Source: Fibrobacteria bacterium
GTDB taxonomy: Bacteria > Fibrobacterota > Fibrobacteria > UBA11236
DNA: 64,000 bases
Reading direction: 5' to 3'
NCBI GenBank assembly: GCA_043732185.1
Contig: JAYTHY010000052.1
Location: forward strand, 30,828 to 94,827
Of the stretch, positions 56,808 through 64,000 are shown one piece after another (position 1 is the first letter of the stretch; every line of letters starts with the position of its first letter). A program made the position numbers and the translations under genes. The notes under the pieces were generated by a model that saw nothing but the letters and a program-made list of their open reading frames with translations, did no database searches and was not told where the DNA came from.

Positions 56808-59579
56808 CTAATCGTCGTTAAGGCCCGAGGACAAAAACGATTCCAGTTCTTCCGGGTTCATAAGCACTTCCCGAGGCTTGCTGCCGCGTTCCTTGCCGAC
56901 AATACCAGCCCGCTCCATTTGGTCCACTAAGCGCCCGGAGCGTGCATACCCTATTCCCAACCGTCGCTGCAATAAGGACACGGACGCCTGCTTGACTTGT
57001 ACTACCAGTTCTGCAGCTTCCCGAAACTTTTCGTCTCGAGGCTCATCGGATCCTTTTGTATTATCCCCATCGTCATCGAGATTGAAGGATTGGATTTGCG
57101 GATAATTCACGAACTGTTGCGATGCACATTTGGCCATTTTTTCCGCTTGATCATCATCCAGAAAACATCCATGCAATCGAACTGGTTCCGGGAATTCGAT
57201 CGGCCGGAATAGCATGTCTCCACGACCCAGGAGTTTTTCGGCTCCCATTTTGTCCATGATGGTACGGGCGTCGATTTGGCTCGCGACCTGAAACGCAATA
57301 CGTGTGGGAAGATTGGCCTTAATGGTTCCCGTGATGACGTTGGTAGACGGGCGTTGTGTCGCCAGAATCAAATGGATACCCACTGCCCGCGCCTTCTGGG
57401 CTATACGGGCGATATTCGTTTCCACTTCTTTTCCGGACACCATCATCAAATCCGCCAGCTCATCGATGATGATAACTATATAGGTCATCAATTTCCGGTC
57501 TTCCGCTTCCATTTCTTCCGGAAGGGACGAGCTCCTGACTTTGGCATTGAAGCCTTTGATATTGCGAACGCCGCATTGGGCCAGAATTTCATACCTGCGA
57601 TCCATTTCCACCGTGGCCCATTTGAGGGCTTGCACGGCCACTTCCGGTTGCGTAATTACCGGATACAGCAAATGCGGAATCGCATCGTACGGTTTAAGCT
57701 CGACTACCTTAGGGTCGATGAGAATCATACGCAGTTCATCCGGGCTTTTTGAACATAAAAAGGAAGCCATAATGCTATTGATGCAAACGGATTTTCCAGA
57801 ACCCGTTTGCCCTGCAATCAGCAAATGCGGCGCGCGCGTCAAATCCATCACATAGGGTTCGCCCCCGATGGATTTTCCCAGCCCGATTTTTAAGGTGTCC
57901 TCTTCAAAGGCGAATTCCGGCGCACGCAGGATTTCCTTGATGTACACGATTTGCGCTTTACGATTGGGCACCTCAATACCGACCACGGATTTACCTGGAA
58001 TCGGAGCGAGAATCCGAATGCTTTTGGCACGCAATGCCAAGGCTAAATCATCGGCGAGGGTGCTGATGCGGCTGACCTTAACCCCTGGCGCCAATTCCAC
58101 CTCATACCTGGTTATCACGGGTCCAGGACAGATTTGTGTCACCTTGCCCATCACTTTGAAGTTGATCAGTTGATCTTCGAGCAATTTGGACTGCTCGCGC
58201 AATTCCTCTTCGGTGAATTCCAAGGGCTGTTTAGGGGGTTCGGGAAATATCTCGTCAATGGTAGGTATGCGATAAGTGTCATATTTTATAATGGGCTTTG
58301 GGCGTGCGATGGCTTCGCTCTGCTCAATGCCATCTTTTTCAATAGCGACCACCGATTCAAGCACATCAGATGTTGCAACTTTTGCAAGCGTCACTTCGAA
58401 GTCTGGCTTTTTTTTGCCTTTCTTTTTGAAATTGGCTTTGAGCGCTTCTAAAGTTTCCTCTTCCGTAATACCTGCGGCGGCTTGAGAGGCCTCCTGAACT
58501 TCCGGCTGAGCCTCAAGTGAGCCCTTATTCACACTTTCCTTATGCTTTTCCCTTAGCAATAATCCGGCTATTTCCGGATTGCGACTTTTGATTTCCCAGT
58601 CATTCAATTCGGAAACCCGTTTGCGTTCTAAATCCAGGTCCCGAGACTTGCGTACGGCAAGGGGATCGTTTAGGTCGAGTTCAATCAGTTCCTCTTCATT
58701 ATCGAGTAAGGCATTGTCTAATTTACCGAGGTAATTCCCTTCGGATAGCACAGGCACCTTTTGCGCAGCACCGGGTAGGGCGCGTGCATCCCCAAATGCA
58801 TAATCGAGTTTTTCTGCACCTGCAGTTCTTTTACGGCTGCCTTCCATTTTGGAAGTTTTTTCCAGCTGTGCCATTGCCAGGGCCGCGTCTGCTGCCTCTG
58901 CCCGATCCCTCTCATCGCGTGGCCGATTGGATTTGTTCCAGAGATGAGTTAAGCCCAGAAAAAAAGGTCGGATCACAAAGACGACAAAGGCGGCCGATTG
59001 TTCAGAAAGCGCAACAACGCTCATTCTAAAGCCCCAGACCAAGATAAACAGAATGGCTAGGGAAACGATTAGGTATGGACCAAATTGACCAACCCCAAAC
59101 ATGGGTTGAAAAATTTTATGCACCAGGAAGTTTCCCAGGTACCCGCCGGACAATTGATAATCCAAGGAAGTGAGATGCGCGTTGGCGATATTTTTAATGC
59201 TGAGAAACATGCCTGCAGCCAAAAAAAGCAGGGTTAAGGCTACGACAATTCGGATTCGCAAGCCACCGCGGGACAAGATGAGCTTGAACCCTAAAGTGGT
59301 TCCGGCGGCCACCAGAAACAGAACCGGCATTCCACCCGCAAACTGGTTGATGCGATCCGCCCACCAATCTCCGAGGTACGGACCAAGAATATTTTCCGTG
59401 AGCGGTGTTGCAAAACTCGAGAGGAGTGCGATAACAGTGATTAATGAGACGGAGAGTACTAGAAGTCCAAGACCTTCCAGAAGCAACGAGTTATCCGTGC
59501 CGGCCTTATCCTCGGCTTCGACGGACTTCGACTTTGACGAGGATTTCCTCGACTTGGGTTTCGCAATCTTTACAGACAT
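56808..59579 (-). CDS. ftsK: DNA translocase FtsK
   Basis: N-terminal TM domain, GPVITRYE, PHLLIAGQTGSGKS, IDELADLM, ATQRPS, gamma domain LQRRLGIGYARSGR. Confidence 0.97.
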   Translation of the reverse strand: MSVKIAKPKSRKSSSKSKSVEAEDKAGTDNSLLLEGLGLLVLSVSLITVIALLSSFATPLTENILGPYLGDWWADRINQFAGGMPVLFLVAAGTTLGFKLILSRGGLRIRIVVALTLLFLAAGMFLSIKNIANAHLTSLDYQLSGGYLGNFLVHKIFQPMFGVGQFGPYLIVSLAILFILVWGFRMSVVALSEQSAAFVVFVIRPFFLGLTHLWNKSNRPRDERDRAEAADAALAMAQLEKTSKMEGSRKRTAGAEKLDYAFGDARALPGAAQKVPVLSEGNYLGKLDNALLDNEEELIELDLNDPLAVRKSRDLDLERKRVSELNDWEIKSRNPEIAGLLLREKHKESVNKGSLEAQPEVQEASQAAAGITEEETLEALKANFKKKGKKKPDFEVTLAKVATSDVLESVVAIEKDGIEQSEAIARPKPIIKYDTYRIPTIDEIFPEPPKQPLEFTEEELREQSKLLEDQLINFKVMGKVTQICPGPVITRYEVELAPGVKVSRISTLADDLALALRAKSIRILAPIPGKSVVGIEVPNRKAQIVYIKEILRAPEFAFEEDTLKIGLGKSIGGEPYVMDLTRAPHLLIAGQTGSGKSVCINSIMASFLCSKSPDELRMILIDPKVVELKPYDAIPHLLYPVITQPEVAVQALKWATVEMDRRYEILAQCGVRNIKGFNAKVRSSSLPEEMEAEDRKLMTYIVIIIDELADLMMVSGKEVETNIARIAQKARAVGIHLILATQRPSTNVITGTIKANLPTRIAFQVASQIDARTIMDKMGAEKLLGRGDMLFRPIEFPEPVRLHGCFLDDDQAEKMAKCASQQFVNYPQIQSFNLDDDGDNTKGSDEPRDEKFREAAELVVQVKQASVSLLQRRLGIGYARSGRLVDQMERAGIVGKERGSKPREVLMNPEELESFLSSGLNDD

Positions 59580-59592
59580 GCAATATCCCCTT

Positions 59593-60690
59593 TCAAGCCT
59601 TGGGCCTCTTGTAAAAATTTCTGGAAACTACTTTCGCCCTTTTAGTCGTGTCCCTGATTCTCACTTCAAGTTCCGTGCCGATTTTGGCGAATTCGGCCGC
59701 CACATAGGCCATGGCAATACCCTTGTTGAGCGTAGGCGACATGGTGCCTGATGTCACAACGCCGATATCCACGCCACCTGCCTGCACCAAACATCCCTCT
59801 CTGGGAATAGCCAATTCCAAAAGCTCCAAGCCCACCACTTTCCGCGACAACCCCTCACGGACTTTTGCATCCAACGCGGCTCGACCCATAAAATCACCTT
59901 TGTTTAAATCCGTGATCCACGCCAAGCCTGCTTCAATAATGTTGGTTTTATCCGTAAGCTCATGCCCATAAAGTGAATAGCCAGCTTCCAGACGCAAAGT
60001 ATCTCTGGCCCCAAGACCTATTGGTAGAATACCATAGCTCGCCCCCACTTCCAATAAGCGCGTCCACAGCGCAGGCAGATCCCGATGTTCTGGAAAGAAT
60101 TCAAAACCGTCCTCACCTGTATAGCCCGTGCGACTGAAAAACATGTCGACACCGTTGACTCGGCCTTGACCCGCTTTGTAAGTGGCCGTCGCCCTTGGAT
60201 CGACTTCCATCACCTTAGCAGCAGTATCGAGCGCGCGCGGCCCCTGCAAGGACAGAATGCCTAGATGCGAACTGGCATTGATAAGATTCACGTCCCCGGG
60301 CTTTTGACTGAGAAGCCACGCAAAATCTTTGTCGATATTGGAGGCGTTGACTACCAGTTTATAGCTATCAGGTTCTAGACAATAGACGAGGATGTCATCC
60401 ACCACAGTGCCATTTTCATAGCATAGCGCCGAGTACTGAACGTCCATTGGCTTCAATTTGTCCACATTGTTAACCGTAGCCCGTTGTAGGAAGGCACCGG
60501 CGCCTTTTCCCGTAACATAAAAGTTACCCATGTGGGATACATCAAAGAGACCAACGGCTTTGCGTACGGCCTCATGTTCTAAGCGAATGCCAGAATATTG
60601 CACCGGCATCAAGAAGCCGGCAAAGGGAACCATTTTCGCGCCCAATGCGACATGGATATCGTACAAAGGTGTTTTTTTTCCTAGGGTCAA
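59593..60690 (-). CDS. gcvT: Glycine cleavage system aminomethyltransferase T
   Basis: KTPLY, MPVQY, FDVSHMG, SRTGYTGEDGFE, GARDTLRLEAG; start moved to TTG 60690 after GGGAG. Confidence 0.96.
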   Translation of the reverse strand: MTLGKKTPLYDIHVALGAKMVPFAGFLMPVQYSGIRLEHEAVRKAVGLFDVSHMGNFYVTGKGAGAFLQRATVNNVDKLKPMDVQYSALCYENGTVVDDILVYCLEPDSYKLVVNASNIDKDFAWLLSQKPGDVNLINASSHLGILSLQGPRALDTAAKVMEVDPRATATYKAGQGRVNGVDMFFSRTGYTGEDGFEFFPEHRDLPALWTRLLEVGASYGILPIGLGARDTLRLEAGYSLYGHELTDKTNIIEAGLAWITDLNKGDFMGRAALDAKVREGLSRKVVGLELLELAIPREGCLVQAGGVDIGVVTSGTMSPTLNKGIAMAYVAAEFAKIGTELEVRIRDTTKRAKVVSRNFYKRPKA

Positions 60691-60783
60691 AATACTCCCG
60701 GGTTGGGCGGCCTGATGGGGCCGGGTAAGTGTTGTAAGAAAGCCAGAAGGCCGATAATACAAGGGCTAGAGCCGTATACTATT

Positions 60784-60812
60784 AATATACTTTAAGCCCT
60801 AGGCCTTGACAA
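60784..60812 (-). promoter_or_regulatory. Sigma70-type promoter for gcvT-ftsK
   Basis: Minus strand TTGTCA-N17-TATATT. Confidence 0.6.
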
Positions 60813-60826
60813 AGCAGTGGAAAATA

Positions 60827-61138
60827 TTAACGGATTTCTAAGATCTTATCCAAAGAAGTGGTTCGCAAGATTTGCAGTATTTCTTCAGATGGCGACAAGA
60901 GCGTCAACTTGGCCTTATGCTTGGCTAACTCATTCATATTGAACATGATAACGCCTAGGCCGGCGCTATCCAAATAGTCCAGCTCGGCCAAACGCAAAAA
61001 GAGGCGGGAGGAAGATTTGGGCACGCATTTCTGGAAAGCCTTGATAAGCGACTCCAGCCCAGCTTGATCCCATTCCCCCTTGACTTCAATGCAGGGTTCA
61101 CCCTCAAAGTTCGATACCTTAATGTTGGATTGCGACAT
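60827..61138 (-). CDS. STAS domain anti-sigma factor antagonist
   Basis: VKGEWD, LDYLDSAGLG (phosphorylatable Ser), ILRTTSLDK. Confidence 0.9.
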   Translation of the reverse strand: MSQSNIKVSNFEGEPCIEVKGEWDQAGLESLIKAFQKCVPKSSSRLFLRLAELDYLDSAGLGVIMFNMNELAKHKAKLTLLSPSEEILQILRTTSLDKILEIR

Positions 61139-61211
61139 TTATAAACCAATCACGTTTAACTTCATTATGATAACCCATTTCTATGCCAACGTGCAATCAT
61201 CCTGGCGATTT

Positions 61212-61262
61212 TTTAACTCTTTTAACTTTTAGGTTTTAACTTCTAACTGCTAACTTCTATCT
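61212..61262. repeat. Imperfect heptamer tandem repeat (consensus TYTAACT)
   Basis: tttaact (61212-18), then tttaact tttaggt tttaact tctaact gctaact tctatct in 7-nt register (61221-62). Confidence 0.8.
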
Positions 61263-61330
61263 CTAGGGGCAGCGAAAGGTCTTGTTATTTTTACTTAGAC
61301 GCTTCTCCAAAGCCAAAAGGTAAACCCGCC

Positions 61331-61699
61331 ATGAAATCCATTTCCACTTTGATCCTATTGGCGCATGGCAGCCGTGCCCCACAAACTCTGGAGGAAATGG
61401 AGAAATTAGCTGCAAAACTTCAACGAAGCCAAAAGGGATTAAGGGTACTTCCCGCCTTCCTCAGTTTGATAAAACCGGATCTTTCCCTCGCCATTAGCCA
61501 TGCAGCGGCAAGTGGGGCGCAGGAAGTGCATGTCCTTCCGCTCTTTCTTTTTACCGGGAAACATGTACTTGAAGATATTCCCGCATTAATCAGGGCAAAC
61601 CGGGCACTTTATCCTAGTATAAAGCTCATCCTTCAAAAACCTATTGGCCATCATGCCAGTTTTGCTGACTTCTTACTCCAAGCAGGTGGTTTCCGATAA
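61331..61699 (+). CDS. Short single-domain CbiX/SirB sirohydrochlorin chelatase
   Basis: LAHGSR, PAFL..KP, VLPLFLFTGKHVLEDIP, PIG. Confidence 0.85.
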   Translation: MKSISTLILLAHGSRAPQTLEEMEKLAAKLQRSQKGLRVLPAFLSLIKPDLSLAISHAAASGAQEVHVLPLFLFTGKHVLEDIPALIRANRALYPSIKLILQKPIGHHASFADFLLQAGGFR

Positions 61700-61741
61700 T
61701 ATCCACACGATAGACACGCATTTTCCTACCTTGCCCAGTTC

Positions 61742-63427
61742 ATGCCAAAGTCCAAACCTAGCCGAAAAGCCTCCCAACTTTCCCCTAATCGCCCAGGTGG
61801 CCGCCGCGGTCGTCGAAGCCGCGACGATGGGCAACGCGAAAATCATGAACCGGGCAGTGACAATCACGCCCCTAGTTCCAAAGCAGGCTGGGAACCAGAA
61901 GGATCCTATCAAGCGAGTCGTGTCAAACGAACTGCCGATCAATCCCGCCGTGAACCCGCAGGTAGGCATACAGAGCCTCGCTTTCCAGGCTCAATAGATA
62001 AGGGCAAAAAACATCCGGGCAATAAAACCTTAGGTAAAGGTGGGCAGGGTGCCCGCATTCCTTTAGCTAGAGTCAGCGGGAAGCCCGTTTATCGTGGCGG
62101 TAAAACCGAACGGATTCCCATTATACGCGAGCCGGAAAAAATTATTCGTTTTTCGGATTTGCTCATACAACTTGCCCGCAAAGAAACACCCACCTTGGTA
62201 GGACCCTCAACCAGCCCTGAGCCCTTGGCCAGACTGGACTATGTTCTGGAATTGGATTTGAAAAATCGGGCACTGCAACAATTCTGGGCGGCAAATGGAT
62301 TGCCGGATAAGCCCAATCGAATAACACCGTCTCCTAAGCCACGAAATTATCGGACAACGACCAAGCGCAGAGTCATCTTTGACAAGGGTCGATTTCATCT
62401 TGATTTTCTACCCGATCCGCGCACAGGGGCGGAACGCATGGGGGCTGGTTCCAGCCTCGAGCCAAAAGAACACGCGGACCTCTATACTTTCTTGCTCACA
62501 AAACTGAATCAACCCGCGTATTCTCAAATCGCTCATGCTCTCAACTACCTCGTTATTCGCGGGGATTATACCCGTTTTTCCGTTCTTTTCAATGTCCACG
62601 AATTGAACGCCAACGTTGTTCGCAAAGCCAAATTATTAAGTGAACACCTGCAAACTATCGATCCCAAAACGATGTCCGCATTTTTGTTCTACGACTCTGG
62701 GAAATCTCCCTTTTATCTGGACCAAAGAAGTCCGGAAGGCCCCTGGAAATTCAAAAAGCTGTTTGGTCCAGACAATTTGCGTCTCAAAGTCGGCGACAAG
62801 AATTATGCGTTTCATCCCACTTCTTTTTGCCAGGTCAACGCTTCCATATTACCGGCCTTTTTGGAAAAAGCCCATCAGCTGCTAAAGGCAAGGCCAGAAC
62901 AACGTTTGATCGATCTGTACTGTGGTTTTGGTTTGTTCAGTCTGGGTCTAGCCGGAGCCTACAAAGAAGTCCTTGGAATTGATGCCGCAGGGATGTCTAT
63001 TCAAGCCGCGCAAGCCATGAGTGTTACAGAAACCACTGGCCGTTGCCGGTTTAAGGCCGGAAGAATACAGCTGGGATCCTTAGACAAACTTTTGCCACAA
63101 CCGGATGCCGGAACTCCCGAGGCTATCCTGCTCGATCCACCCAAGAATGGCACGGAACCTGGCGTCATCCGTGCCCTCGCATCCAGGGCACCAGCGCGCG
63201 TACTGCATATCTTTTGCGATATGGACACCCTGGCTAAAGAAGTGAATCAATGGCGAAAAGTCGGCTATATGGTTGCAAAAGTGGTGCCTTTGGACATGTT
63301 TCCCGGCACGGACAATCTCGAGGTCATGGTGTTATTTATACCCGACAGATACAGTATTCTCAACCGTGTCGATAAGCGGCCACCCGAAGGTTACTCCGGC
63401 CCGTTTCACAAATCCAAGCCTAAATAA
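61742..63427 (+). CDS. RNA m5U methyltransferase, RlmD/TrmA family, with basic disordered N-terminus
   Basis: SFCQVN, IDLYCGFG, LLDPPKNG, HIFCD (catalytic Cys), DMFPGT..LE. Confidence 0.85.
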   Translation: MPKSKPSRKASQLSPNRPGGRRGRRSRDDGQRENHEPGSDNHAPSSKAGWEPEGSYQASRVKRTADQSRREPAGRHTEPRFPGSIDKGKKHPGNKTLGKGGQGARIPLARVSGKPVYRGGKTERIPIIREPEKIIRFSDLLIQLARKETPTLVGPSTSPEPLARLDYVLELDLKNRALQQFWAANGLPDKPNRITPSPKPRNYRTTTKRRVIFDKGRFHLDFLPDPRTGAERMGAGSSLEPKEHADLYTFLLTKLNQPAYSQIAHALNYLVIRGDYTRFSVLFNVHELNANVVRKAKLLSEHLQTIDPKTMSAFLFYDSGKSPFYLDQRSPEGPWKFKKLFGPDNLRLKVGDKNYAFHPTSFCQVNASILPAFLEKAHQLLKARPEQRLIDLYCGFGLFSLGLAGAYKEVLGIDAAGMSIQAAQAMSVTETTGRCRFKAGRIQLGSLDKLLPQPDAGTPEAILLDPPKNGTEPGVIRALASRAPARVLHIFCDMDTLAKEVNQWRKVGYMVAKVVPLDMFPGTDNLEVMVLFIPDRYSILNRVDKRPPEGYSGPFHKSKPK

Positions 63428-63447
63428 AACGTAAAAAGGATTTTTCA

Positions 63448-64000
63448 ATGCTGAAACGATTGGCTTCATTTCCAGGTTGTCAGGGGCCCGTTGTGACCAT
63501 CGTTCTCGATGGATATGGCATCTCACCTTCGATTGAGGGAAATGCTATCGCACAGGCGAATAAGCCAGTGCTCGATTCTCTCCTGGCACGTTACCCGAAC
63601 CTTGTTCTAAAGGCACATGGCAAAGCCGTCGGGCTACCCAGCGATGAGGACATGGGAAATTCCGAAGTGGGTCACAACGCCATTGGTTCTGGCCAAATTT
63701 TTGAACAAGGTGCCTCCTTGGTAAATGAAAGTATTGCTTCCGGAAAACTATTTAACCGTCCGGCTTGGAAAGAAATTGTGTCCAATGCCAAGGCCAACGG
63801 CACTTTGCATTTTCTGGGACTGCTCTCAGACGGCAATGTCCACTCGCACATCAACCATTTGACCGCCCTGATTCAAAGAGCCAAACAAGACGGCATTTCC
63901 AAAGTTCGCGTCCATATTTTACTGGACGGCCGGGATGTCGGTGAAACGTCGGCACTTGAGTATGTCCAACCTTTTGAAAAATTTCTCGCGGAAATTTCCA
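63448..64000 (+). CDS. gpmI: 2,3-bisphosphoglycerate-independent phosphoglycerate mutase, partial; runs off the right edge
   Basis: Manual translation: VVTIVLDGYG, NAIAQA, AHGKAVGLP..DMGNSEVGHNAIGSG, GLLSDGNVHSH, LDGRDV. Confidence 0.95.
   Translation, partial: MLKRLASFPGCQGPVVTIVLDGYGISPSIEGNAIAQANKPVLDSLLARYPNLVLKAHGKAVGLPSDEDMGNSEVGHNAIGSGQIFEQGASLVNESIASGKLFNRPAWKEIVSNAKANGTLHFLGLLSDGNVHSHINHLTALIQRAKQDGISKVRVHILLDGRDVGETSALEYVQPFEKFLAEIS

Noticed and set aside
36563..60690. Clustering of folate C1 genes (metF, cyclo-ligase, gcvT) near a formyl/methyl-rich glycan island
   Set aside because: They lie in separate operons spread over 24 kb of housekeeping genes; probably coincidence
1..64000. 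CRISPR arrays, tRNA/rRNA genes, transposases, integrases, prophage genes; remaining short ORFs in the track
   Set aside because: None recognised by eye. The short ORFs overlap well-supported genes in other frames or strands and have no motifs

Overview
Bacterial chromosomal window, probably from an FCB-superphylum organism. Fibrobacterota is my best guess, inferred from dapL-type lysine synthesis, a T9SS-like C-terminal tail on a secreted glycosidase and outer-membrane barrel proteins; I cannot confirm it without a search. The left edge holds a truncated prkA, dapL and an outer-membrane protein gene preceded by a (CTTGTA)n repeat. Positions ~3.2-31.9 kb form a ~29 kb glycan biosynthesis island. 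It encodes a nonulosonic-acid (Pse/Leg-like) pathway (dehydratase, DegT aminotransferase, GNAT, NeuB, cytidylyltransferase) and tailoring genes (WbuXYZ-like amidino trio, deacetylase, formyltransferase, Fe/2OG dioxygenase, about eight methyltransferase domains). It also encodes large TPR-containing multidomain glycosyltransferases built from internally duplicated modules. No flippase, polymerase or ABC exporter is present. The right half is mostly housekeeping: rlmI, metF, trpS, rnd, tatA-tatC, carA, rlmB, HU/IHF, smpB, amidase, yebC-ruvCAB, ftsK, gcvT, rlmD-like and a partial gpmI. Oddities there are an apparent TatB/5-formyl-THF cyclo-ligase fusion, a MauE-OMP-EEP lipoprotein-HsdR_N operon, a GH116 with a T9SS-like tail, and several structured or repetitive intergenic regions. 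I saw no rRNA, tRNA, CRISPR array or transposase. Several start codons were moved relative to the ORF track using RBS and overlap evidence.
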